A stretch of DNA of 64,000 bases from contig CAVQUB010000012.1 in assembly GCA_963716725.1 (NCBI GenBank), positions 64,001 through 128,000 on the forward strand. The letters run 5' to 3'. This DNA is from an uncultured delta proteobacterium. Lineage in GTDB: Bacteria; Myxococcota_A; Polyangia; Polyangiales; Polyangiaceae. This document shows positions 18,299 through 27,714 of this stretch, piece by piece. Made by a program: the position numbers and the translations under genes. The notes below the pieces were generated by a model. It was given only the letters and a program-made list of their open reading frames with translations, ran no database searches and was not told where the DNA came from. The number at the start of each line of letters is the position of its first letter. The first letter of the stretch is position 1.

Positions 18299-18881
18299 GG
18301 TGTCCGAGCCTTTGTCTGAGCAGCTTCAAGCCGCGGTGCAGGTTGACGCGGACGGAGTCGGGACGCAGCCCCACCCGTTCGGCGATTTCGGGTCCGCTCA
18401 GGCCTTCGACCAGCCGCAAGATCAGGGGCTCGCGATAGGCGTCAGGCAGCGCCCGGATCTGCACGAGGATCTGCTCTGCCTCGGAGCGGCGCGGATCTGC
18501 TGATGGAATGTCGTCGGGCAACTCGCTGAAGCGTCGCCCCGCGCGCAGGTGGTCCGTGGCGCGATTGCGGGTGATCTGCGCCAGCCATGCGCCGAAGGCG
18601 TCCGGTTCCTCGAGCTGGTGCAGCTTCCCGAGCGCAATCATGAACACGTCTTGCACCAGATCGTCGGCGTCCCGCTTGTCGACCCGCGCAAGCAGCACGC
18701 CGTGCACCATGCGGAAGTAGCGCTCGAACAGGCGGCCAAACGCCATCGGATCTCCCTCCCGAGCGGCCGTCACGAGGCTCCGGTCGGGTGAGGGGCTCAA
18801 GATCTCGGCCCGCGCGGCTGGCGACGCGGCCGCGTCGCGCGGAGCGAAGAGGCTTGCCACGGCTTTGGGGAACGCAGCCAC
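18291..18881 (-). CDS. ECF sigma-70 factor
   Basis: DADDLVQDVF, WLAQITRN, LPDAYREPLILR, EIAE, VNLHRG. Confidence 0.92.
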   Translation of the reverse strand: MAAFPKAVASLFAPRDAAASPAARAEILSPSPDRSLVTAAREGDPMAFGRLFERYFRMVHGVLLARVDKRDADDLVQDVFMIALGKLHQLEEPDAFGAWLAQITRNRATDHLRAGRRFSELPDDIPSADPRRSEAEQILVQIRALPDAYREPLILRLVEGLSGPEIAERVGLRPDSVRVNLHRGLKLLRQRLGHHE

Positions 18882-18978
18882 GATACGAGCATGGACGTGA
18901 GCGGAGGGTCGATCGTTAACCGCGCGGCGCGCAAGATGGCCACCCGGGGGGTGTCTTCAGAGGTGGGACTCTCCGCCC

Positions 18979-20115
18979 ATGAAAAAGCACGGATTTTGCC
19001 TCGGCTTCCTGGTCCTGACCGGAACGGTCGCCTGCTCGGCCGCTAGCGATGGAGGCGAAGAAGACCCGGGTAACCTCGTGGCGACCGGCGGGAAGGGGGG
19101 CGCCGGGCAGGGTGGAGGTGGTGGTTCGGGTGGGTCATCCCTCGCCATTGGGGGCGCCGGGTCAGGCGCCGCGGCCGGCGGCGGGGGCATGACCGAATGC
19201 CAGGCGGTCTCCCAAGAGGCGACGAGCAAGTTCAAGCCCGTCGACATCATCTGGGCCGTCGACACCTCGGGCAGCATGAACGCCGAGCGCAAGGCCGTCG
19301 AGACCAACCTCAACGCTTTTGCCCAACAGATCACCGCCGCGGGCATCGATGTTCACGTGGTGCTGATCGCCGATCCGTCGGCGATGTGCATCGGCGCGCC
19401 GCTCGGGAAGGGTTCGTGTCCCGGCGGCTCGAACTCACCCGGGTTTCTCCACGTGGAGAAGTACGTCGGCAGCCACAGCGCGCTCAGCGCCTTCGTGGGT
19501 TACTACCAAGCCTACAAACCCGCGCTCCGACAGAACTCGCTCAAGGTCTTCACCGTCGTGACGGACGACAACACCAAGTCTGGCAACATCAACTCGGCGG
19601 CCGAGTTCACCCAGGCGGTCGCCGCCTTGGATCCCGGATGGTTCGACGATTGGAAAGTGTCAGGGATCTTCTGCACCGGGAAGGGCTGCTCGAGCAACTG
19701 CGCTGCGACCGGCCACACCTACAACGCGCTGGTCGCTCAAACCAACGGTGTCTCCGGAGACCTCTGCGGCGGCAACGCGGCGGGCTTCACCCCCGTCTTC
19801 GACTCGCTCGCGAAGTCCATCATCGACAGCAAGACCCTAGATTGTCAGTGGACGATCCCCCCGGCGCCCGTCGGTCAGACCTTCGACAAGACGAAGGTGA
19901 ACGTCCGCTTCACCTCCGGCGCGAACGTCGGCTCGGACATCTTCGCGGTGGCCGATGCGACTCAATGCGGACCGCAGGGGGGCTGGTACTACGACGACCC
20001 CAACAATCCTTCGACGATCTCGGTCTGTCCGACCACCTGCCAGGCGATCCAGGCGGATCCCAGCGGCAAGATCGACATCTTGTTCGGCTGCTCTACGGTC
20101 GTGAAGCCGAGCTGA
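18979..20115 (+). CDS. vWA-domain lipoprotein
   Basis: Lipobox TVAC; MIDAS DTSGSM, VTDD; myxobacterial GGWYYD..CP.TC tail. Confidence 0.85.
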   Translation: MKKHGFCLGFLVLTGTVACSAASDGGEEDPGNLVATGGKGGAGQGGGGGSGGSSLAIGGAGSGAAAGGGGMTECQAVSQEATSKFKPVDIIWAVDTSGSMNAERKAVETNLNAFAQQITAAGIDVHVVLIADPSAMCIGAPLGKGSCPGGSNSPGFLHVEKYVGSHSALSAFVGYYQAYKPALRQNSLKVFTVVTDDNTKSGNINSAAEFTQAVAALDPGWFDDWKVSGIFCTGKGCSSNCAATGHTYNALVAQTNGVSGDLCGGNAAGFTPVFDSLAKSIIDSKTLDCQWTIPPAPVGQTFDKTKVNVRFTSGANVGSDIFAVADATQCGPQGGWYYDDPNNPSTISVCPTTCQAIQADPSGKIDILFGCSTVVKPS

Positions 20116-20136
20116 GGGCAAGGCCCCAGCGGAGCG

Positions 20137-20775
20137 TTACTTCTTGCTCTTGGGCCGAGCGGCGGGCGTGAGCTCTTTGTTGCGCCAGTAGTAGGCGTTC
20201 TTCTTGCCGCTCTCGTCGCTGAAGCCCACCAGCTCGATCTCCGCCTGGATGGCCGCCGTGCCTTCCGGCACGTGAGCCTTCTTCACGCACGAGAAGGTGA
20301 TCACGGCCTTCTCGCCGGCCTTCATCGGTCCTTCGAAGATGTTGCCCGCGCAGGTCTTGAAGGGCCGGTTCTGCTCGTCATCTTTGACCTCGAGCTGCTT
20401 GCCCGCCTTGTCGTAGAAGTAGACGACCAGCTTGCCGTAGTTGATCTCCACTTTGGACGTGTTCGCGACCTTGAAAGACGGGCCCTTGTCGTCCGTCTTC
20501 CCGGTCCACGACACCTCCATCGTGCGCAGAGTGCCCTTGGCTTCGCAGGGCTTCTCGAAGGTGGAATCGCCAACGGTGCCCTCGGGGCAGTCGTGTTTGG
20601 GCGCGGATGGCGAAGCGCTCGCGCTCGGGGGTGGAGCGGCACTCGGGGCCGCCGTCGCTGCGGCGCTGCTCGCGGCGCCCTTGGTGGGCGCCGGCTTCTC
20701 CTCGTCGCATGCCGAGGTCAAGCAGAGCGCGCTCGTCAGGGGGAGTACTTTCGACCAGAGAACGAGCTTTGACAT
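20137..20775 (-). CDS. Lipoprotein, unknown function
   Basis: Lipobox TSAC, Ala/Pro linker. Confidence 0.75.
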   Translation of the reverse strand: MSKLVLWSKVLPLTSALCLTSACDEEKPAPTKGAASSAAATAAPSAAPPPSASASPSAPKHDCPEGTVGDSTFEKPCEAKGTLRTMEVSWTGKTDDKGPSFKVANTSKVEINYGKLVVYFYDKAGKQLEVKDDEQNRPFKTCAGNIFEGPMKAGEKAVITFSCVKKAHVPEGTAAIQAEIELVGFSDESGKKNAYYWRNKELTPAARPKSKK

Positions 20776-20842
20776 GGCGCAACGTTAACGGAGGGTCGCC
20801 GCGCGGGTCGACCCGAAAATCGCCCGCGGCCGTCGCTGATGC

Positions 20843-23323
20843 TCAAACCACCGCGGATTTCTGCTTGGTGGTCTTGACCGCCACCACGTACAGCAGCGCG
20901 GCGATGGCGATGAAGGGCAGCATGCTCAACGCGTCGGAGCTCGCGCCCTCGAACACCGGATTGTTGTGCTTGGCCCAGTCGTCGATCCGGGTCTGCACGT
21001 CGCCCATCACCCCGGCCACGAACGCGATCACGATGCCGGCGATGGCGCCGCCCGCGATGTAGCCGCTGGAGAGCAGCACCCCCGGGCTCTTGTCGGTCTC
21101 TGCGACCAGCTGCTCCTGACTCAGGTTTTTTCCGGCGAGGCGCTTCTGGATCTGCTTGTCGGCCAGCCAGCGCACGAGCCCGCCGGCCAAGATGGGCGTC
21201 GACGACGAGATCGGCAGGTAGACGCCGACCGCGAAGGCGAGGGACGGGATCCCCGACAGCTCGAGCACCACCGAGATCATCACGCCGAGCAACACCAGGC
21301 TCCAGGGAAGCTCGCGGTTCAGAATGCCCTTGATGATGTAGGACATCAGCGTGGCCTTTGGCGCGTCGAACTTGGTCACCTTGCTGCCGTCCGGCCGCAG
21401 GGCGTGGGTGCCGTTGATGCCCGGATCGACCAGGTAGACGGCCCGACCTGTATCGTCGACCAGGTACTTGCCCGGGGGGCCACCCTCGCTCGCGGTCTTC
21501 TGCCAGACTCGGTAGGTCGCCGGATCGGTCTTGGACTGGGGACCCGCCAGCGCTTCACGTTTGTCGAGCCCCGCGACGCTGGTCACGAGCTCGGCGCTGA
21601 AGGTCTCGTCGATCTTGTGCGTGACCTGTTTCGTGCGCACGTCGACGACGTAGTTGCCCGGCGCGAGGTTCGGCACTCGTACCGTCTTCGAGTCGGGGGC
21701 GGCGCTCTCGTCGAGCTGAGCCAGCTTTTTGTAGCTGCCGCCGGCCCCTGGCGGCGTGCCGCGCCAGCTCGGCAGCGCCGTTATCACGTCATCGGTCACC
21801 GAAACCGGTTCGACCTGCTGGAAGGTCGCTTGGGGCACATACACGGTCGCGGCGTCGTTGAGGCGAAGCAGAATCGGTCCCAGCACCAGCGCCGACGCAA
21901 GGGCGCCGACCAAGATGGCGTACTGCTGGTACTTCGGGGTTGCTCCCACCAAGAAGCCGGTCTTGAGATCTTGAGAGGTCGTGCCGCCGTTCGATGCCGC
22001 GATGCACACGATGGCCCCGACGCTGAGCGCCGTCACGTAGTACGGCGGCGACGTCCAGCCGAGGATCAGGAACACGCCGCAGGTGAGCAGGAGTGTGGCG
22101 ACGGTCATGCCCGAGATGGGGTTCGACGAGGAGCCGATTTCTCCGGTCAAGCGCGAGCTCACGGTGACGAACAAGAAGCCGAGCACCACGATCAGCACCG
22201 CGCCCAGCACGTTCATTCGCAGCGTTGGCGCCAAGGTGATGGCGGTGATCAACACCAAACAGCCGATCAGAACCCACTTCATCGACAGGTCTTGGTCCGT
22301 GCGTGGACGGTCCCCGGCCGCCTGACTCGAGCCGCCGCGCAGATCGCGCAGGCCACCCTTGATGCCTTGCCAAATCGTCGGCAGCGAGCGGGCCAGGCTG
22401 ATGATGCCGCCGGCGGCGACCGCGCCCGCGCCAATGTAGAGCACGTACGCCCCGCGGATTTGGTAATGGCTCATCTCCCGAATCGGAATGGTGCCGGGTG
22501 GCAGAGCGTGCGTCAGGCCGTCGCCGAAAAACTTGATGGCGGGGATCAGCACCAAGTACGCGAGCACGCCGCCCGCGCACATGATCGCGGAGATGCGCGG
22601 GCCGATGATGTAGCCGACCCCGAGCAGCTCCGGCGAGATCTCGGCGGACACGCTGCCGCCCTTCAAGATCGACGTGAATACCTTCTCCGGGACGTCCTTC
22701 CAGCCGCGCAGCGCGACCATCACCGCCTTGTAGACCAGACCAATTCCGAAGCCGGCGAAGATGATCTTGCCGCCACCGGCTTCGGTCTCCTCGATGGGCG
22801 CTCCGGCCGAGTGCGCTGCGGCGCGTGACTCGTCGCTCGCCCCCGCCTTCAAGACCTCCGCGCAGGCGGTGCCCTCGGGGTACTTCAGGGAGCCGTGTTG
22901 TTCGACGATCAGGGCGCGTCGGAGCGGGATCATCATCAAGATGCCGAGCAGGCCGCCGAGCACCGCCACCAGCATGACGCGCGTGATCTCGAGGTCGAAT
23001 CCCAAGATCATGATCGCAGGCATCGTCACGCCCACGCCGAAGGCGATGGACTCACCGGCCGAGCCGGCGGTTTGCACCACGTTGTTCTCGAGGATGGTGG
23101 CGTTCTTCAGGCCGAACTTGGAGAGCAAGCGGAAGAGCGTGATCGAGATCACGGCGACCGGGATCGATGCGCTCACGGTGAGCCCGACCTTGAGTACCAG
23201 GTAGAGGGACGAGGCGCCGAAGACCATGCCGAGCAGCGTGCCGACGATCAGGGGCAGCGGCGTCAGCTCGCGCAGCGCGACGTGCGCCGGGATGTAGGGA
23301 TCGTGCTTGTTTCCCTCGCTCAT
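20843..23323 (-). CDS. OPT-family oligopeptide transporter
   Basis: YLVLKVGLTVSASIP, ENNVVQT, YPEGTAC, SSNPISGM, SQDLKTG. Confidence 0.93.
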   Translation of the reverse strand: MSEGNKHDPYIPAHVALRELTPLPLIVGTLLGMVFGASSLYLVLKVGLTVSASIPVAVISITLFRLLSKFGLKNATILENNVVQTAGSAGESIAFGVGVTMPAIMILGFDLEITRVMLVAVLGGLLGILMMIPLRRALIVEQHGSLKYPEGTACAEVLKAGASDESRAAAHSAGAPIEETEAGGGKIIFAGFGIGLVYKAVMVALRGWKDVPEKVFTSILKGGSVSAEISPELLGVGYIIGPRISAIMCAGGVLAYLVLIPAIKFFGDGLTHALPPGTIPIREMSHYQIRGAYVLYIGAGAVAAGGIISLARSLPTIWQGIKGGLRDLRGGSSQAAGDRPRTDQDLSMKWVLIGCLVLITAITLAPTLRMNVLGAVLIVVLGFLFVTVSSRLTGEIGSSSNPISGMTVATLLLTCGVFLILGWTSPPYYVTALSVGAIVCIAASNGGTTSQDLKTGFLVGATPKYQQYAILVGALASALVLGPILLRLNDAATVYVPQATFQQVEPVSVTDDVITALPSWRGTPPGAGGSYKKLAQLDESAAPDSKTVRVPNLAPGNYVVDVRTKQVTHKIDETFSAELVTSVAGLDKREALAGPQSKTDPATYRVWQKTASEGGPPGKYLVDDTGRAVYLVDPGINGTHALRPDGSKVTKFDAPKATLMSYIIKGILNRELPWSLVLLGVMISVVLELSGIPSLAFAVGVYLPISSSTPILAGGLVRWLADKQIQKRLAGKNLSQEQLVAETDKSPGVLLSSGYIAGGAIAGIVIAFVAGVMGDVQTRIDDWAKHNNPVFEGASSDALSMLPFIAIAALLYVVAVKTTKQKSAVV

Positions 23324-23403
23324 GGCCGCGGACGCTAGCCCACGGCGCGTCGCGGAGACAGTCGCGCCGTGGGCGCGCTCCTGCATCCAGAGTAGGCTCA
23401 GGG

Positions 23404-24336
23404 GTGATGCGAGCACGCGTGGCGACGATCTGGGTCTGCATCGCCAGCTTTCCGCCGCTCGCCGCCTGCGGCTCCGAGGACCGCGAGCCAGGGAATTCGA
23501 GCGGCGGGGCCCCGAGCGGTGGTGCCGCTGGCAGCGCTGGAGTGTCCGGTGGCGGCAGCGGCGGTTCGCTCGGAGGCTCCGCCGGCACGGGTGGCTCGAC
23601 GGACGCCGGAGCCGACGCGGAGGCCGATGCGAGCTCGGGCGATCTGGACGGCGACGGACTCGACGACGCCGTCGAGCTCGCCGTCGCCAAGGGCTACTTT
23701 CCATATTTCGCCATCGCCCCCGACGACAAGTGTCCGCGGCACGGGGTGCTGTTCCGGGCGGCGCCGCACCCGGCCGACGCGAGCCTGATCGCCATCTGGT
23801 ACGTGGCGCTGTTCGAGAGCGACTGCGGCGCGACCGGCCACGCCGGTGACGACGAGGTGTTCGGCGCCGTCGTCGATCCGAAGACTCCCGCCCCGGCCGG
23901 GCTCCTGGCGGTTCGCGCCATCTCCCACCAGGGCACGCTGTGCGAGAAGACCACGACCTGCGGCTCATTGCCGGGCTGCAAGCCCTGCAAGACCGCCAGC
24001 AAGAACGGCGCGGCGTTCCCGGTCGTCTTCGCCAGCGTGAACAAACACGGCACCTACGTCGACGAAGGCACCTGCGATCTCAACGTGATCTGCGACTTCG
24101 GCGGCTGCACGCTGAACCCGACCCCCGCGGCGCCGGAATTCGTCAACGCAGGGGAGCCCGGAAAGCCGCTCACCAACAACCTCAGCCAGAACGGGTTCAT
24201 CAGCTCCACCAACGGCTGGACGAAGAGCGAACTCTTCGACTTCGATCCCTGGGGAAATAAGGATTTTGGCGGCGCCGGTAACGTCACCGACGATCTCGGG
24301 GACCCGGCCTTCGTGATTTCGCCATCTGGCTGCTGA
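23404..24336 (+). CDS. Cys-rich lipoprotein
   Basis: Lipobox LAAC, Gly linker, DLDGDGLDD, GHAGDDE. Confidence 0.75.
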   Translation: MMRARVATIWVCIASFPPLAACGSEDREPGNSSGGAPSGGAAGSAGVSGGGSGGSLGGSAGTGGSTDAGADAEADASSGDLDGDGLDDAVELAVAKGYFPYFAIAPDDKCPRHGVLFRAAPHPADASLIAIWYVALFESDCGATGHAGDDEVFGAVVDPKTPAPAGLLAVRAISHQGTLCEKTTTCGSLPGCKPCKTASKNGAAFPVVFASVNKHGTYVDEGTCDLNVICDFGGCTLNPTPAAPEFVNAGEPGKPLTNNLSQNGFISSTNGWTKSELFDFDPWGNKDFGGAGNVTDDLGDPAFVISPSGC

Positions 24337-24363
24337 GTCTCGCCGTCGTGGGCCGAGGTCGGG

Positions 24364-24864
24364 TCAGGGGATCCATGCCTTCGCCTTGGCGTCGTCTTCG
24401 GTGACGTCCGCCACGAGCCACGCCCCGCTGCTGATCTCGAACAAGAGGTGAACGAAGTCACACTTGCGCTCGCCGGGGCACACGACATCGACCGGCACCA
24501 CGGCACGATGCTGGTCGGCCCGGGCATCACCGCTCACGCGCGCTTGGAACTTCTTGCCCGCTTGGCCAGCGAAGCTCGAGCACTCTTTGCTCCAGCAATC
24601 GGGCGTCGACGCTCGCTCCGCGCCGGCGTCGTCGTCGGAGTTGGCGGCCGCGAGGAACTTCGCGACGGCTGCGTCGAGCCGGGGCGCCGGGCTCACGGGG
24701 TCGCTCTTTGCCTGCGTAGGAGCCAGATCGGCGCCCGTGGTGTCGGCGCCGGGCTCCGTCGGCTCGGGGATCGCAGTGTGGACGGGCGTTGCCGTCTCGC
24801 CCTTCGGGGGCTGAGCCGAGCAAGCAGCGAGCGCAAGCGCCACCAGGGCGCGCATGGCGATCAT
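24364..24864 (-). CDS. Small lipoprotein
   Basis: MRALVALALAAC lipobox. Confidence 0.7.
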   Translation of the reverse strand: MIAMRALVALALAACSAQPPKGETATPVHTAIPEPTEPGADTTGADLAPTQAKSDPVSPAPRLDAAVAKFLAAANSDDDAGAERASTPDCWSKECSSFAGQAGKKFQARVSGDARADQHRAVVPVDVVCPGERKCDFVHLLFEISSGAWLVADVTEDDAKAKAWIP

Positions 24865-24977
24865 GCGCCGCAGCCTAGACGATTGCTCCGTCGCAGGGGA
24901 GTGAACGCTGGGGTGTGAGCGAGGATCCGCGGGCCCCGGGCGCCCCCCGACGCTCGGGACCGCACGGATCGCTCGAG

Positions 24978-25457
24978 CTACCGCGGCCGGGCCTCCGGGG
25001 GCGCCTTCGGCGCCGCTACCTTTGCGCCCATCTCCATCCGGAGCTTGAGGTTGTCCAAGAGCGACTCGGCCTCTCGCTCGTTGATACGGTGGAGGAGCGG
25101 TTCTGCCAGCTTGTCCAAGAGCTTGCTGGGCAACGCGTATTCGATGTCGAGCACGACCTTGCACTGGCCGTTCTCGCCCGAGTACGCCCAGGTGAAGGTG
25201 CTGGGGATGCCCTTCTCGTTCTTGACGATGACGCGCTGGTTTTGGATCACCTCGGCGGTCGCCGAGTGGCCGTGGAAGTGCAACCCACCCATCTTGTAGA
25301 TCCAGTCGAAGCTGTGGGCGCCGTTGGTCGCCCGCTTGACGTTGCTGACCTCTACCAGGCTGGGCCAGACCTCCGGCAGGTTTTCGGGACGAGTCAGGAA
25401 CTCGAAAACCTGATCGAGCGGCGCGCGAATGCTTACGGATTTGCGGATCTTTGCCAT
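24978..25457 (-). CDS. SRPBCC (polyketide cyclase/START-like) protein
   Basis: SVSIRAPLDQVFEFL..PENLPE.WP; L.NLK C-terminal helix. Confidence 0.85.
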   Translation of the reverse strand: MAKIRKSVSIRAPLDQVFEFLTRPENLPEVWPSLVEVSNVKRATNGAHSFDWIYKMGGLHFHGHSATAEVIQNQRVIVKNEKGIPSTFTWAYSGENGQCKVVLDIEYALPSKLLDKLAEPLLHRINEREAESLLDNLKLRMEMGAKVAAPKAPPEARPR

Positions 25458-25623
25458 GTCGAATCCTCACTTGGTGTGCCCCCCCCTCGAGGGGCGACCC
25501 GCAAGAAGCAAGTGGGATGCCGTGCGGAAAAGTGCGCTGCGCGCGGGCAAGTCTCGCTGTATCAGTCGCGGGTTGCGCCGCAGACTGCGGCACCGCGGCG
25601 AAACGCACCAGTGCGGCGCGAGC

Positions 25624-26325
25624 CTAGGGCGGCCCTGGGGATTTCGTGGCGGTGAAGCTGCAGTAGTTGACTCCGCCGACGCTGCACGCGCCAGCCGTCC
25701 AGGTCGTCGCGGACACGGTGGAAGTGCAGGTCGCGCTGACGCCGCCGAGCGAGCAGTTGACGCTGAGTTGCGATGCCGACAGCGAGCCTGTGCAGGTCGT
25801 GCCGGTGTTGCAGCTCACGGTGGTCGAGCAACTCCCGGTCGCTTGGGTCACGGTGCAGGCGCCGAGGCCGCAGTCACCGCTCAGTGTCCATTGGCCGGCG
25901 ACGTTCGGGCAAGCGCCGGTGCCGCCGGTGCCGCCGCCACCCGTGCCTCCGCCGGGCGCTCCGCCACCTCCGGTGCTGACGCCACCCGTGCCTCCGCCGG
26001 GCGCTCCGCCACCTCCGGTGCTGACGCCACCCGTGCCGCCGGCGGGCAAACCGCCGCCACCGCTCGAGCCCCCGGTGCCTCCGGTGCTGACGCCGCCGGT
26101 GCCTCCGGCGGGCAAACCGCCGCCACCGCTCGCGCCCCCGGTGCCTCCAGTGCTGACGCCTCCGGTGCCGCCCGCGGGCAAACCGCCGCCACCGCTCGAG
26201 CCGCCGGCTCCCGAACCGCCATCGACGGCGGCGCCGCCGCCCGAGCCGCTGCTGCCGCACGCCACCCCGCTCGCGAAGGCGAGCAACATCACCCCGACTC
26301 GAGATCGTCGCATCGCCGCGAGCAT
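25624..26325 (-). CDS. Gly-rich repeat lipoprotein
   Basis: Lipobox GVAC; tandem GGTGGVSTGG repeats; Cys-rich tail. Confidence 0.75.
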   Translation of the reverse strand: MLAAMRRSRVGVMLLAFASGVACGSSGSGGGAAVDGGSGAGGSSGGGGLPAGGTGGVSTGGTGGASGGGGLPAGGTGGVSTGGTGGSSGGGGLPAGGTGGVSTGGGGAPGGGTGGVSTGGGGAPGGGTGGGGTGGTGACPNVAGQWTLSGDCGLGACTVTQATGSCSTTVSCNTGTTCTGSLSASQLSVNCSLGGVSATCTSTVSATTWTAGACSVGGVNYCSFTATKSPGPP

Positions 26326-26420
26326 AGCAGGATTTGCGACGCCGCTACCGCCGCGCGATTGGGCGCAGCGCCGGCCCGGCCCCGCCCTCGAGGCTGATGC
26401 TCGAGGGACGTGGTCGGGAG

Positions 26421-27593
26421 TCAGATCTCGAGGCTGGGCGCGCGGAGATCTGGCGCGTCAGCGCCGGGCGCGCGCGGCGCGTGTTCCAACTCGCGTCGCG
26501 CGTCGCGCTTCAAGCGCGCGATGTGCCAAGCGTTGCCGACGCGGTCCTGACACGCGGCTTCGAGCAGCTGTGCCCGATCGCTCAAGCGCGACGACAGTTC
26601 GAGGCCCGTGAATGCCCGACCAACTGTCCGGGGACCGGACGCGCGACGATCGTCGAGCCAGCCCGGTTGCCCTTCGGCTCGGCGCTGTCGCTCCAAGTTC
26701 GTGAGCAACTGCGCCGAATGCACCGCCTCGAGGGGAGACGTGGTTTCGACGAATGGCGAGAAAGGCGAGTCGCTGTTCACATCAACGACCCGCGTCAGAT
26801 GCTGCGCCCAACAGTGATCTTCTCCGTAGCCGGTGTCGGTGATTCCCACGCTCTCCGTCTCGGGTCGGAGGGCGTCCGGGAATCGCGCGGCGAGGCGAGT
26901 GATCTTCGCCGGTCCGGAGTTGATGCGTCCGGGTTCGGAGCACTCCGCGTGATCCGCTCCGAGGCGGTCTCGCGCCACCTCGACCACGACGCGGGGCGAG
27001 GCGCTGGTGATCACGATTCGGAGGCCGGGACATCGCGCACGCAGGGCGTCGAGGTCTTCACGGCGGATCACTTGGTCCGGGGCGTGGCGGTCCCAGACCC
27101 GTTCGGCCAGTTCGCGAGCGACCTCGTCGGGGATCTCAGACAACAACTCGAGCATCGTGTCCTGCGGAACGCGCTGCACCACACGCACCGGCTCGGGTCC
27201 GAAGCGACGGTAGGTCCAAGCACGCAGCAGGTCGTGCTTCTCCGGGAGCTTGCCGCAGAGGAAGTAGTAGAGCCCCGGCCGAGCCCAGGTTCTACCGCCA
27301 TGCCAGAGGTAGCGCAGCGAGCCGGCCAGGCTGCGCGGATCGAAGGCCAAGCGCCCGGTTTCGCGTCGCGGTTCCATCGACTCCAGCTGCTCCCGCCCGA
27401 AGGCGCGCAGCGCGGCGATCTCCCAGCCGAGCAGCTCGCCCATGTTGCGGCCGAGGTGCAGCGTGCGGTCGAGATCCAAAATCAGAAACCGGGTGCTGTT
27501 CGGGATCACGCGCCCCGCGAGCGCGGCGAAATCCATGGGCCCTTCGTGCAGGACCAATCGATCGACCAGCCGGTAGCGGCGTTCGGGTGACAT
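26421..27593 (-). CDS. HAD-superfamily hydrolase
   Basis: LDLDRT motif I, ITSAS motif II, K, TDTGYGED motif IV. Confidence 0.7.
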   Translation of the reverse strand: MSPERRYRLVDRLVLHEGPMDFAALAGRVIPNSTRFLILDLDRTLHLGRNMGELLGWEIAALRAFGREQLESMEPRRETGRLAFDPRSLAGSLRYLWHGGRTWARPGLYYFLCGKLPEKHDLLRAWTYRRFGPEPVRVVQRVPQDTMLELLSEIPDEVARELAERVWDRHAPDQVIRREDLDALRARCPGLRIVITSASPRVVVEVARDRLGADHAECSEPGRINSGPAKITRLAARFPDALRPETESVGITDTGYGEDHCWAQHLTRVVDVNSDSPFSPFVETTSPLEAVHSAQLLTNLERQRRAEGQPGWLDDRRASGPRTVGRAFTGLELSSRLSDRAQLLEAACQDRVGNAWHIARLKRDARRELEHAPRAPGADAPDLRAPSLEI

Positions 27594-27714
27594 GCCCTCC
27601 GAGCTTGCGACGCGGCTCGACGTGCGGGCGTCAGAGTTCGGTCACGTTTTCGTCAGATCTGCGCCTCTGCCACGGCTCGATTGTCCCCCCGGCCGGTTCA
27701 GATTACTTTGGGGA

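Noticed and set aside
25900..26240. CRISPR-like periodic repeats (also 8451-8504, 27830-27890, 44507-44590, 49860-49970)
   Set aside because: In-frame coding repeats for Gly/Pro linkers, with no unique spacers and no cas genes
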